Assembly: GCA_031411295.1 (NCBI GenBank)
Contig: JANOAV010000213.1
Location: 1 to 47,185, forward strand
Origin: Verrucomicrobiales bacterium
GTDB taxonomy: Bacteria; Verrucomicrobiota; Verrucomicrobiia; Verrucomicrobiales; V1-33
Direction of reading: 5' to 3'
Length of the DNA stretch: 47,185 bases
Shown here: piece by piece, positions 30,001 through 39,023 of the stretch
Layout: the number at the start of each line of letters is the position of its first letter
Numbering within the stretch: the first letter of the stretch is position 1
Position numbers and translations under genes: made by a program
The notes under the pieces: model-generated
The model's input: the letters and a program-made list of their open reading frames with translations, nothing else
Told to the model about the DNA's origin: nothing
Database searches by the model: none

Positions 30001-33000
30001 AAATTTCACGTTGATGACACCGGGCATGCCCAATGCCACTGCGGCCCAGATTGCCGGCAATGCCGATTACACCCGGGCGCTCGCGCTGATGAATGGCCTG
30101 AGGGTGTCAGAGGTGATGTTTAATCCCGGGACGGCCTTGACTAGCCAAACCGAGGAATTCATCGAGTTGCGCAACATCGGAACCACCGCACTTCAGCTTG
30201 GCGGGCTCCGGTTTACCAAAGGGGTGAATTTCACGTTCCCGAATTATTTGTTGGCACCGGGCGGCTACGCTTTGGTGGTTAGCAACCTTGGAGCATTCGA
30301 GGCCAAATATGGTGCCGACTTGCCCGTGGTGGGGGCCACCACCAGCACGCTATCCAATGGTGGGGAGCGGATCACGTTGACGCTGCCAAGTCCTTTCACG
30401 ACGGCAGTGCAGACGTTTGTCTATGCGGATTCCTGGTATCCAGAGACGGATGGGTTAGGGCGCTCGCTGGTGGCGGTCGATGTTAATGGAGCGTTGTCCG
30501 CGTGGGATGTGAAGGATGGCTGGACGGCCAGCCCTAATGCTGGCGGCACCCCTGGATCAGCCGGGCCGCCGCAAATCACCAGTGCCCTCACCGCCGGCGG
30601 CACGCAGGGCGGTTCGTTCAGTTATCAGGTGCTGGCAGCCAATGAACCGACCAGTTTTGGAGCCACGGGGCTTCCGGACGGCCTGAGCATTAATCCCACC
30701 ACCGGACTAATCTCCGGCACGCCTGCAACGCCAGGAGTCACCAATGCGAACATCACGGCTACCAATGTTGCCGGGGCGGATACGAAGACACTGGTGATCA
30801 CTATTAGTTTGCCGCCCCCTCCGGCAATTTCCAGTTCGCTTGCGGTGGGGGCTACGCTGACGGCTCCTTTCAACTATCTTTTTACGGCTACGAACAATCC
30901 AATCACACTGACCATAACTAATCTGCCCAACTGGCTGACCTACAATCCGACGACGCGCGTCCTCAGCGGTCAGGCAACGACTGTTGGATCAGTTAGTGTG
31001 ACGCTTTTTGCTGCCAACGCCGGGGGCTCTGATACGAAGACATTGGTGATTACCGTGACCTCGGACCCGTTTGCCAGTGCGCTGGATGGATTGTGGCTTT
31101 CCTATGTGACCGGTGGAACGTCGAACTGGTTAGTGGAGACCGCCACCACCCATGATGGGGCTGATTCCATGAGGAGCGGGGTCATCGCGGACAGCAAGGA
31201 ATCGTGGCTGGAAACGGTGGTGACGGGACCGGATCGGCTCACCTTCTGGTGGAAAGTAGGCTCGGAAGGAAGCTTCGATTACCTGAATTTCAACGTCGAT
31301 GGCACCACCATTCAATCGATTAGTGGCTCGGTGGATTGGACGCAAATATCCTACGATGTGCCAGCGGGAACCCATACGGTGCGCTGGGTTTACCGGAAAG
31401 ACGGTTCGGTAACGGTCTCCCCGGATGCGGGCTATCTGGACGAAGTGCGGCTGGCTTCGCAGACGGTAGAACCGGTCATCATTAGCCCGTTGACCGCCGT
31501 GGCGTATCAAGGCGCACCGTTCACCTACCAAATCGTCGCCACGCATGCGCCCACGAGCTACAGCGCGACGGGCCTACCACCAGGATTGTTTATCAATGCG
31601 TTCACTGGGGAAATTTCTGGCACGCCGACCGGAGCGGGTGGGACGTTTACGATTAGTATTTCTGCCACTGGCCCCACGGGCACGGGCACCACGGGGCTGC
31701 AGTTATCGATTACATCCTCTCCGGAAGGCATGGCCACGGCTTTGGATGGGCCGGGAATTACCTACCGCCGGGGCGGGGATAACCAGTGGTTCGCGCAGAC
31801 AGCCACGACGCATGATGGCGTCGATGCCGCCCGCAGCGGAGCCATTCTGGCCAACCAACAGACTTGGATGGAAATCGACGTCACTGGGCCGGATCGTGTG
31901 ACGTTCTGGTGGAAAGTGTCGTCCTATCAATACGGCGGGTATCTCTTTTACGGCTTGGACGGTAACCAGAGCAATTCGATCTCAGGAGAGATTGACTGGC
32001 AGCAAGTGGCCTACGATGTGCCAGCTGGGGTCCATACGTTCCGCTGGACTTACCGCCGCTACAGCACGTCCTCGGTGAACGGGGCGGACGCGGGATTTGT
32101 CGATCAAGTGGTGGTGGCATCGCAAACGCCCACGCCGACCATTTTGAGCTCACTGCGGGCAGTGGGATTGGTTGATCAGCCGTTTCAATATCAAATTTCA
32201 GCCACCAAGAATCCCACCAGTTTTGGGGCCACCGGACTCCCTCCCGGACTGGTGCTGGATCCCGTGACCGGCATTATTTCGGGAACTCCAACAACGGAAT
32301 TTTTTGGTGTCGTTAATGTTAGCGCGACGGGTGATTCCGGAACCGGGGCGGAAGCAGTAAATTTGCAGATTGGGTCTAGTGATGCAGCAATGCTGACAGC
32401 ACTGGATTTGCCGAGCAATACTCCCATCACCCGCAGTGGCACTCTGTTCTGGCGAGCGCAGACAGCGGTTTCGCGTGATGGAGTTGATGCCATTGAGTCT
32501 CCTCATTTGGCTTCGGAGGGATATTCCACTGTGTCGGTCACCTTGCCAGGACCAGATCGATTAAGTTTCTGGTGGCGCAACTTAGGTGGCTCCAGTGAAT
32601 ATTTGTATTTCTACGTGAATGGTTCCTACACCCAGCAGCTTTACTCGGGTTCCAACTGGACCCAGGTCTTCGTCGATTTGCCAAGCGCGACCAATAGCGT
32701 CGAGTGGCAATACTATAGATCCGGTAGTGCTGCGCCTGGGACGGGTTCCCTGGCCGTTGACCAAATCACCCGGGCTTCCATCGTTCCCATGATTACAAGC
32801 CCGCTCGATGCTTCCACCGTGGTCGGGCAGGCTTTTGAATATCAGATTACCGCCAGCCAGAGTCCCACGGGATTTTCGGCTCTCAATTTACCGGTTGGTC
32901 TGACGGTCTCTCCGCTGGGACTGATCACCGGCACGGTGGCCTCGAAAGGGTATTATACCATTCAGCTCAACGCCACCACGCCCAGCGGTCCAGCCTCCGC

Positions 33001-34411
33001 TCCGCTTGCTCTGAACACCGTGCTGAGCGCGGCCACCCTGGCCGTTGGGGGGGATGCGCAGAATGTCCTTTATCAGCAAACCGCGAATACCGGTGCCAGT
33101 TACAATGGTTGGTTCACGCAATACGCGGTCACCCATGATGGTGTGGACGCGCTGCAAAGCGGTCCGATTCCACATTACGGTCAGAGCGAGTTCAGGATTC
33201 CTCTGGACGGACCTGGGGTGCTTACGTTCTGGATGAAAGTATCCTCCCAGTCCAGTGATTACCTCTACGTTTATGATGACTACTATGACAACTACGAGAG
33301 TTACAGCGGGGAGGTCGCCTGGGTCCAAAAGACTTACACCTTCACCAGCATCAGTCCCCGCACGATGACCTTCCGCTTTGAGAAGAGCTATGAAGGCGTG
33401 TCTGGAGCGGATGCTGCCTATATTGACCAAATTGTCTGGACCCCGGCGGATACGGATACGGATGGCTTGTCGGATGCTTGGGAAAATCGGTATTTCCCGA
33501 ATCTGACCACGGCCAATGCAGCGCAGGACACGGATGGGGATGGTCAATCCAACGCTTTGGAGGCGGTGGCGGGCACGTCTCCGACCAACCCTGCCTCCGT
33601 CTTGAAAATGGCCCAAGCTGAGGTTACGGCTAACAAGTCGGTCCGCTTGGTGTGGGACAGCGTTCCGGGGCACACCTATGCCGTGCAGTCATCGTCAGAT
33701 TTGCGCACATGGACCACTTATCCCACCCGTTACTACGCCACCACAAATCGCACCGAGACGACCGTGAAACCCGTGGGGACGCTGTCTTCGATCACCATGG
33801 TAGCGGCCAACGCTCCGGCGTTTGCCCTCATTCCCAATTCCAGCGCCAATACCACGCTTTGGCGCGGTGGGGATGAAGCTGCCTTTACCGCCAACGGGGG
33901 AACGACTGGCTGGCTGACAGGCACGCAGGGGGTTGGCTTCGAGACGGACTCATCCACTGCCAATGGTAATGTGCCTTACACCCCATTCATTGGCCTCAGT
34001 GTGCTAAGCCAGATGTATAACATTCGTGGCACTGCCTTCATTCGCATCCCCTTCAACGTCAGTAATGCCGCCTTGGTGCGCACTCTTACGATGCAGATCC
34101 GTTATGATGATGGCTTTGTCGCCTATCTCAACGGGAATCAGATTGCCAGTGACCTGAGTCCAAATAATTTGAGCTACAACGCTCTCGCCACCGCTACACG
34201 CTCAGATTCGATTGCTTCGGCCTACCGCAGTTACGAGCTGACGTCCGCCCTCAGCACACTCCAGAACGGCCCCAATATTCTGGCGATTCATGGCCTGAAC
34301 AATTCCACGGGGAGTTCGGATTTCGTGATTCAATCCATCCTCAGCGCCACCGTTTACAATCCCGGCACCGCCACTCCCGGTAAAATTTACTGGCGCGTGA
34401 TCACGCAGTAG
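27056..34411 (+). CDS. Giant secreted protein: 4 lamin-tail domains, CotH kinase, 5 putative-Ig (He_PIG-like) domains, 4 repeated beta-sandwich modules and a C-terminal module
   Basis: 2451 aa with signal peptide. LTD starts IIINEL, VQLSEV, LKFNEW, LRVSEV; CotH motifs YRGASS, GNLYK, VPHDFD; ATGLPxGL..TG.ISGTP Ig motifs; THDGVDA repeats. Confidence 0.85.
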   Translation: MFRNFRSLVVVTCCLWSWLGAVGHGSIIINELMVRPPGTPEPTGQEFIELLNTDPQGADISGAKFDKGISYLFPVDSIIPANGYGVVVANVAAFKAAHPTVPNDLIFGPWTGTLGNNGQTLRLIDELGTTVLATMKYGSEGDWANRSRSAADSGQQGWEWLNPVEATGKSWELRNRLMDLSEGQNWAASTVIGGTPAAVNSTEQTNSAPLILDVKHTPAIPKPTDVVTIEARLVDTATPTGQVYWRVSNSSPGEFAQAPLVRQGVSTIYRAVLPAQPNLTVIEFYISATDGALTRTWPAPNNLGQTTNCLYQVDNEVLPLGTPVYRVVMSVPEQTQFTGMTTHTDAAMNCTFIGDDGSGPSIRYRSDVRYRGASSRDFTPAPNRIDVPSDHPYNGSSKLNINSKYTYLQFIGMKLMYASGVRAPDTKRILYRRNGVNAMSSTAVENYGYWAHLEPLGSEFVDNHFPNDSGGNLYKKVRPDNDWAYRAGVVANYVSDGWIKSSNTAADDWSQLDNFLRVMSQAQGAGNYLAQVEAVADLDQWAKWFAVETLLTNGETNASNGVDDDYSIYFGAVDKRAQFVPHDFDTILGQGDSSKITDPNRTLFDMSETTDSLAPLIALFGTSSGGGVASFREKYFTALRELCLTSFSQARFDALLDNYLTGWVPAAKITELKTFMNSRRNFVLGQCATALGTPTPSAPVATWAATVTSPVKSVQLSEVVVKNASGYTVGGVFPDYVELQNTTDAAVNLDGMRLTNQVTSTGGLVFPVDTIIPANGYLVIPSGNLAPELSLGFGLDRDGGALRLYAAAGGLVDAIAWGPQIQDLAISRTAAAPTIWALTAPSPGVANGAALTLADPNQLKFNEWLALPKNRHDEDFIELYNAATNPMPLGGLRVTDDALNFPALHQFPPLSFMAAQGFYLLHADGNTATPGNWGELPFSLAAHQDWMSLVGQNGVVIDQFNLLCQQPDVSQGRTPDGAGALSNFTLMTPGMPNATAAQIAGNADYTRALALMNGLRVSEVMFNPGTALTSQTEEFIELRNIGTTALQLGGLRFTKGVNFTFPNYLLAPGGYALVVSNLGAFEAKYGADLPVVGATTSTLSNGGERITLTLPSPFTTAVQTFVYADSWYPETDGLGRSLVAVDVNGALSAWDVKDGWTASPNAGGTPGSAGPPQITSALTAGGTQGGSFSYQVLAANEPTSFGATGLPDGLSINPTTGLISGTPATPGVTNANITATNVAGADTKTLVITISLPPPPAISSSLAVGATLTAPFNYLFTATNNPITLTITNLPNWLTYNPTTRVLSGQATTVGSVSVTLFAANAGGSDTKTLVITVTSDPFASALDGLWLSYVTGGTSNWLVETATTHDGADSMRSGVIADSKESWLETVVTGPDRLTFWWKVGSEGSFDYLNFNVDGTTIQSISGSVDWTQISYDVPAGTHTVRWVYRKDGSVTVSPDAGYLDEVRLASQTVEPVIISPLTAVAYQGAPFTYQIVATHAPTSYSATGLPPGLFINAFTGEISGTPTGAGGTFTISISATGPTGTGTTGLQLSITSSPEGMATALDGPGITYRRGGDNQWFAQTATTHDGVDAARSGAILANQQTWMEIDVTGPDRVTFWWKVSSYQYGGYLFYGLDGNQSNSISGEIDWQQVAYDVPAGVHTFRWTYRRYSTSSVNGADAGFVDQVVVASQTPTPTILSSLRAVGLVDQPFQYQISATKNPTSFGATGLPPGLVLDPVTGIISGTPTTEFFGVVNVSATGDSGTGAEAVNLQIGSSDAAMLTALDLPSNTPITRSGTLFWRAQTAVSRDGVDAIESPHLASEGYSTVSVTLPGPDRLSFWWRNLGGSSEYLYFYVNGSYTQQLYSGSNWTQVFVDLPSATNSVEWQYYRSGSAAPGTGSLAVDQITRASIVPMITSPLDASTVVGQAFEYQITASQSPTGFSALNLPVGLTVSPLGLITGTVASKGYYTIQLNATTPSGPASAPLALNTVLSAATLAVGGDAQNVLYQQTANTGASYNGWFTQYAVTHDGVDALQSGPIPHYGQSEFRIPLDGPGVLTFWMKVSSQSSDYLYVYDDYYDNYESYSGEVAWVQKTYTFTSISPRTMTFRFEKSYEGVSGADAAYIDQIVWTPADTDTDGLSDAWENRYFPNLTTANAAQDTDGDGQSNALEAVAGTSPTNPASVLKMAQAEVTANKSVRLVWDSVPGHTYAVQSSSDLRTWTTYPTRYYATTNRTETTVKPVGTLSSITMVAANAPAFALIPNSSANTTLWRGGDEAAFTANGGTTGWLTGTQGVGFETDSSTANGNVPYTPFIGLSVLSQMYNIRGTAFIRIPFNVSNAALVRTLTMQIRYDDGFVAYLNGNQIASDLSPNNLSYNALATATRSDSIASAYRSYELTSALSTLQNGPNILAIHGLNNSTGSSDFVIQSILSATVYNPGTATPGKIYWRVITQ

Positions 34412-34498
34412 CGGGGGATTTCCCAGCGCCAACGGTCTGAGTTTGCGAAACGGAAGCTTGACGCGTCCGTAGCCACTGAGGCATAACTTGATCATCCT

Positions 34499-35359
34499 AT
34501 GAAATACGCTCCCCTCACCCTCCTTGCTGTGGTTGCCAGTCTGACTGGTTCCCTGCTCTTCGCCCAGAAACCCGCTACGCCTCAGATCGGCCTGCAGCTC
34601 TACAGCTTGCGGGACAGCTTTGCCAAAGATGTCCTCGGCACCTTGAAGAAAATTCAAGCGTTGGGGATTAAGGAAGTCGAAATTGCCGGCATCAAGGACC
34701 AGAAGCCGGAAGCCTTCGCCAAGTTGCTCAGCGATCATGGTCAGCACGCCTACAGTGGCCATTGGCCGTTCGAACGGTTGGAGAAAGATCCCGCAGGTGT
34801 AGCCGCCGAAGCCAAGGCCATGGGTTGCACCCATGTCGCCTGTGCCTGGGTGCCGCATGCCAATGCGGCCTTTACCGAGGCTGATGCCCGCAAAGCCATT
34901 GCCGTCTTCAACCAGGCTGGAGAAGTGCTCCAGAAGGAAGGACTAAGCTTCTGCTACCACGCCCATGGTTACGAGTTCCAACCCTTTGGCGATGGCACCC
35001 TCTTCGATCTGATGATGAAGGAGATGAAACCTGGGATCGCGGATTTTGAAATGGATGTCTTCTGGATGGTTCACCCTGGTCAAGACCCAGTGAAACTGAT
35101 GCAGAAATACCCCACCCGCTTCAAGCTGATGCATTTGAAAGACTGGAAAAAGGGCTGCATCGGCAACCTCAGCGGCCACGCCCCCAATGAGGAAAGCGTC
35201 GCCTGCGGCACGGGAGTGGTCGATTGGCCGGCCGTAATCGCTGAAGCCAAGCGGATCGGCATCAAACATTATTTCATCGAGGACGAGGCCCCCACCGTGG
35301 AGGCGCAACTACCCGTTACTATCAAATACCTCAAGAGTCTGGGTCTCAACTTAGACTAA
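34499..35359 (+). CDS. Secreted sugar phosphate isomerase/epimerase (xylose-isomerase-like TIM barrel)
   Basis: IGLQLYSLR, YHAHGYEF, FEMDVFW, HLKD, YFIEDE. Confidence 0.9.
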   Translation: MKYAPLTLLAVVASLTGSLLFAQKPATPQIGLQLYSLRDSFAKDVLGTLKKIQALGIKEVEIAGIKDQKPEAFAKLLSDHGQHAYSGHWPFERLEKDPAGVAAEAKAMGCTHVACAWVPHANAAFTEADARKAIAVFNQAGEVLQKEGLSFCYHAHGYEFQPFGDGTLFDLMMKEMKPGIADFEMDVFWMVHPGQDPVKLMQKYPTRFKLMHLKDWKKGCIGNLSGHAPNEESVACGTGVVDWPAVIAEAKRIGIKHYFIEDEAPTVEAQLPVTIKYLKSLGLNLD

Positions 35360-35398
35360 GGCCATCCCAGCCTGCCGCAGTCCGCCGGATTGTGGTGT

Positions 35399-35447
35399 AA
35401 AAAAAAGACGGCGTCACCCGCAATCCATTGCGGGTGACGCCGTTTAA
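35399..35447. terminator. Intrinsic terminator, strongest for the minus strand and possibly bidirectional
   Basis: Perfect 17-bp inverted repeat ACGGCGTCACCCGCAAT-cc-ATTGCGGGTGACGCCGT preceded by an A8 tract, between convergent genes. Confidence 0.88.
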
Positions 35448-35467
35448 GTTTCGCGATCAGCGGACTG

Positions 35468-35752
35468 CTAGTCCACCAGGTTGTCGATCCGTTCAGCCAC
35501 CTCCAAGTCAATGTCCGTCAGGCCACCAGCTTCTTGCGTGGTCAGCGTGAGGAGCACCTTGTTGGCGCGGATATCAAGATCCGGGTGGTGGCCGGCGTCT
35601 TCCACGATCTCAGCCAGGTCGTTGACGAAGTCCACGATATCGGAGAAATCATCGAACTCGATGGAACGGGTAATTTTCTTGCCTTCGAGTTCCCATTCAG
35701 GAACGCGTTTGAGGAGGCGCTTGAGGTCATCTTTCGAGAGTAGTTCAGACAT
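35468..35752 (-). CDS. Pterin-4a-carbinolamine dehydratase (PCD/PhhB family)
   Basis: 94 aa from MSELLSK; HHPDLDI...LTLTTQEAGGLTDIDLEVA. Confidence 0.9.
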   Translation of the reverse strand: MSELLSKDDLKRLLKRVPEWELEGKKITRSIEFDDFSDIVDFVNDLAEIVEDAGHHPDLDIRANKVLLTLTTQEAGGLTDIDLEVAERIDNLVD

Positions 35753-36007
35753 AATGAGGAGGGGTGTTCGTGGGGTGGGTAAAAATTCGTTGGTAGGAAA
35801 GGAAAAGTCGTGCCATAGAACCCCGCTTCTTTCGGTTGTCAAAACCGAAGCGTAAAATAATCTTGACGCTGGCGGTGGCGAAGGTATCCCCATTTGGGTC
35901 GTGGAAACCTTTCCCCCTGCCAGCGGCACGGAAATAATACGTTCTCAGGCCCTCCTCCTTTCATTTTCATTCCAAATCAATCTCAAACTTCAAACCACCA
36001 ATTATAT

Positions 36008-36973
36008 ATGGGACACATCTACAACAACGTCGTCGAAACCGTGGGCCGCACCCCTCTGGTGCGCTTGAACGCAGTCACCAAAGGCCTCAACGCCACCGTC
36101 GCCCTCAAATGCGAGTTCTTTAATCCGCTCGGCAGCGTGAAGGACCGGATCGGGATGGCCATGATCGAAGACGCGGAAAAGAAGGGGCTGATCACACCCG
36201 GAACCACGATTGTGGAGCCTACCAGCGGTAACACCGGGATTGCGCTCGCCTTCGTAGCGGCGGCAAAAGGCTACAAGCTCATCCTCACCATGCCCGAGAC
36301 GATGTCCCTGGAACGCCGCACTCTGCTCGCCATGTTGGGGGCAGATCTCGTATTGACCCCGGGGCCCAAAGGGATGAAGGGGGCCATTGCTGCCGCTGAA
36401 GAAATCGTTGCCAACACCCCGGGCGCATTCATGCCCCAGCAGTTCAACAACGGAGCCAACCCCGAAATCCACACCGCCACTACCGGTCCAGAAATCTGGG
36501 ACGACACCGATGGGAAGGTCGATTTCCTGGTCTCCGCAGTCGGCACCGGTGGCACCATCACCGGCGTGAGCCGATTCATTAAGCCGAAGAAAGCCAGCTT
36601 CAAAGCCATCGCAGTGGAGCCGGAAGCCAGCCCTGTGATTTCCCAGACGCTGGCAGGCGAACCCGTCCAGCCCGCTCCCCACAAGATTCAGGGCACGGGC
36701 GCCGGCTTCGTGCCTAACAATCTCGAACTCGCTTTGGTGGACGAAGTGATCAAGGTTTCCAATGACGACGCCTTCGCCATGGCGCGTCGTTTGGCCAAGG
36801 AAGAAGGCCTGCTCGTGGGGATTTCCACGGGAGCCAATGTCTGCGCGGCCCTGCAAATTGCCTCGCGCCCGGAAAATGCGGGAAAACTCATTGTTACCAT
36901 TGGATGTTCCACCGGAGAGCGCTATCTTTCCACCCCGCTGGCCGAAGAAGCCCGTGCCAAAGTCGGTGCCTAA
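36008..36973 (+). CDS. cysK: Cysteine synthase A
   Basis: [10 protein letters not shown] (PLP lysine), [26 protein letters not shown]. Confidence 0.97.
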   Translation: MGHIYNNVVETVGRTPLVRLNAVTKGLNATVALKCEFFNPLGSVKDRIGMAMIEDAEKKGLITPGTTIVEPTSGNTGIALAFVAAAKGYKLILTMPETMSLERRTLLAMLGADLVLTPGPKGMKGAIAAAEEIVANTPGAFMPQQFNNGANPEIHTATTGPEIWDDTDGKVDFLVSAVGTGGTITGVSRFIKPKKASFKAIAVEPEASPVISQTLAGEPVQPAPHKIQGTGAGFVPNNLELALVDEVIKVSNDDAFAMARRLAKEEGLLVGISTGANVCAALQIASRPENAGKLIVTIGCSTGERYLSTPLAEEARAKVGA

Positions 36974-37029
36974 TTCTTCGCTCCGCTCTGATTTCCCTTA
37001 CATTTTAACTCATCTACTCCCCTAACCAC

Positions 37030-37986
37030 ATGGCCAACGAAACGCCAGATCAAGCCCCCATCGCGGAATTGGAATACGAACCCAGTGCTTTTGAACAATT
37101 GTTCCAGAAGCACAAAAGCAAACTCATCCTCGTCGCCATCCTCGGCGGAGTGGGCGCGTTGGGATATTATTCCATGAAGTTCTGGAAAGAACACCAGAAC
37201 ACCAATGATGGCATGGCGTTCTTCAAAGCCGAAACCGTGGCTGATTACGAGCGCGTGGCCAAAGACTTGGCGGGTCGCAATGCTGGTGGCAACGCCGTCC
37301 TCATGGCCGCACAGTCCATGGCGGAAGAAGGCAAACCTGAAGAAGCCGTTACCAAGCTCCAAGCCTTTCTGAAGGATTACGCCAATCATCCCTTGGCGGA
37401 CTTGGCCACCCTTCGTCTGGCCGACGCCTTGACCCTCTCCGGCAAAGCCGAGGAAGCCAAGGCCACCTTCTCCGAAGTCTTCGCCAAGTTCCCCAAATCT
37501 CCGCATGCTCCAGTGGCGTTGCTGCGTTTGGGCGATCAATACGCCAGCGAAAAGAAAATCGATGAAGCGCGCAAGCAATACGAACTGCTCAAAGAGAAAT
37601 TCCCCGGCACCCCATACTACGAAACGATGATGAAACATCGGGATGCCCTGAGCCGCAAAGATCCTACTCCGGTGGAGTTCGTGCCCGATGCGCCTCCCGC
37701 CCCACCCACTCCTGGTGCTCCCGGCGGTCTGCCTGGTGGCGCTCCCTCCACTGCGCTGGACGTGCCTGGCCTGATCCCCACTCAGCCGAACGCACCCGCT
37801 GGCGGGGAAAAGATGCCGCTCGAAATCCCCCAACTGGAAACCCCAGCGGTGCCTCCCGCCATCACGCCAGAAAAGCCCGCGGACCCTGCTCCTGCTGCTC
37901 CGGCCCCAGCTCCCGAAAAGCCTGCCGCACCAACGGATCCTGCTCCTGCGGAAACCCCAGCGCCCGCCAAACCAGCTGACAAGTAA
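37030..37986 (+). CDS. Membrane-anchored TPR protein (YfgM-like) with Pro/Ala-rich tail
   Basis: Single TM near the N-terminus; TPR-like helices (FPKSPHAPVALLRLG); low-complexity C-terminus. Confidence 0.75.
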   Translation: MANETPDQAPIAELEYEPSAFEQLFQKHKSKLILVAILGGVGALGYYSMKFWKEHQNTNDGMAFFKAETVADYERVAKDLAGRNAGGNAVLMAAQSMAEEGKPEEAVTKLQAFLKDYANHPLADLATLRLADALTLSGKAEEAKATFSEVFAKFPKSPHAPVALLRLGDQYASEKKIDEARKQYELLKEKFPGTPYYETMMKHRDALSRKDPTPVEFVPDAPPAPPTPGAPGGLPGGAPSTALDVPGLIPTQPNAPAGGEKMPLEIPQLETPAVPPAITPEKPADPAPAAPAPAPEKPAAPTDPAPAETPAPAKPADK

Positions 37987-38047
37987 CCCGTTGGAGTCCG
38001 GCCTTTAGGCCGCAGCCACCCACAGGCCGGCAGCAAGGCCCAGATCC

Positions 38048-39019
38048 ATGCCCGCCAAGCTATCCAGCAAGACCAAAAAATCCGCCGCTGCGCCCCCGAA
38101 AGAGCCGCTGCCGCCGGATCCCTTGGTCGAGGACTTCATGCAGTTCCTCAGCGTGGAGCGGGACAGTTCACCGCTAACACTGGTGAATTATGCCCACGCG
38201 CTGGCGGAATTTCGTCGCCAAATGCCCAAGGTTACTGATTGGATGCTGGTAACCGCAGACGAGTTCCGTGGTTACCTCTTCCTGCTCATGAAACGAGAGT
38301 TGGGCCGCTCCACCGTGCGGCTGCATTTCGCGGCCCTGCGCAGTTTCTATAAATACCTCACGCGACGGCACGGCCTCGAGGTCAATCCGTTGCTGGAGGT
38401 GCAACTGCCCAAACTGGAAAAAAAGCTTCCGGTCGTCCTCACGTTAAAGCAGATCGAGGAACTGCTGGCCCTGCCGCTCACCCATCCGCAGGAAAGCCAG
38501 GCACCCAGTTGGGCGGGGGAACGGGATGCCGCCATTCTGGAAACCTTCTATTCCACCGGGCTGCGGCTGCACGAGCTGGTGAACCTGAATGTCAAAGATT
38601 ACGACATCTACCACGACACCCTGCGCGTCCTCGGCAAAGGCCGGAAAGAACGGTTTTGCCAACTGGGAAGCCACGCCGTGCGTGCGCTCCAACGCTATCG
38701 CCAGAAGGCCGAAGTCCATGAAGGCCCCATGTTTATCAGCAAACTGCGCACCCGCATCAGTCGTCGCGCCATTAGCGATATTCTCCAGAAATACCTTCGC
38801 GTCTCCACCATCCCTATTCGGGGCACCCCGCACAAACTCCGCCACAGCTTCGCCACCCATTTGCTCAACAACGGGGCGGACCTCCGCAGCGTGCAGGAAC
38901 TTCTGGGCCATAGCAGCCTGAGCACCACGCAAATCTACACCCACGTCTCCACGGAACGGATGCAACAAGTCTATGACCAAGCCCACCCCCGCGCCAAAGC
39001 GGAACCAACAGAAAAGTAG
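38048..39019 (+). CDS. xerC: Tyrosine recombinase XerC/XerD
   Basis: YSTGLR, VLGKGRKER, HKLRHSFATHLL, LLGH, TTQIYTHV give the complete R-K-H-R-H-Y set. XerC versus XerD is not resolved. Confidence 0.85.
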   Translation: MPAKLSSKTKKSAAAPPKEPLPPDPLVEDFMQFLSVERDSSPLTLVNYAHALAEFRRQMPKVTDWMLVTADEFRGYLFLLMKRELGRSTVRLHFAALRSFYKYLTRRHGLEVNPLLEVQLPKLEKKLPVVLTLKQIEELLALPLTHPQESQAPSWAGERDAAILETFYSTGLRLHELVNLNVKDYDIYHDTLRVLGKGRKERFCQLGSHAVRALQRYRQKAEVHEGPMFISKLRTRISRRAISDILQKYLRVSTIPIRGTPHKLRHSFATHLLNNGADLRSVQELLGHSSLSTTQIYTHVSTERMQQVYDQAHPRAKAEPTEK

Positions 39020-39023
39020 TCAG

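Noticed and set aside
38048..39019. Prophage or integron integrase
   Set aside because: The sequence looks like housekeeping XerC/D, co-oriented after cysK and the TPR gene. No IntI-specific insertion, attC array, tRNA or phage genes are seen.
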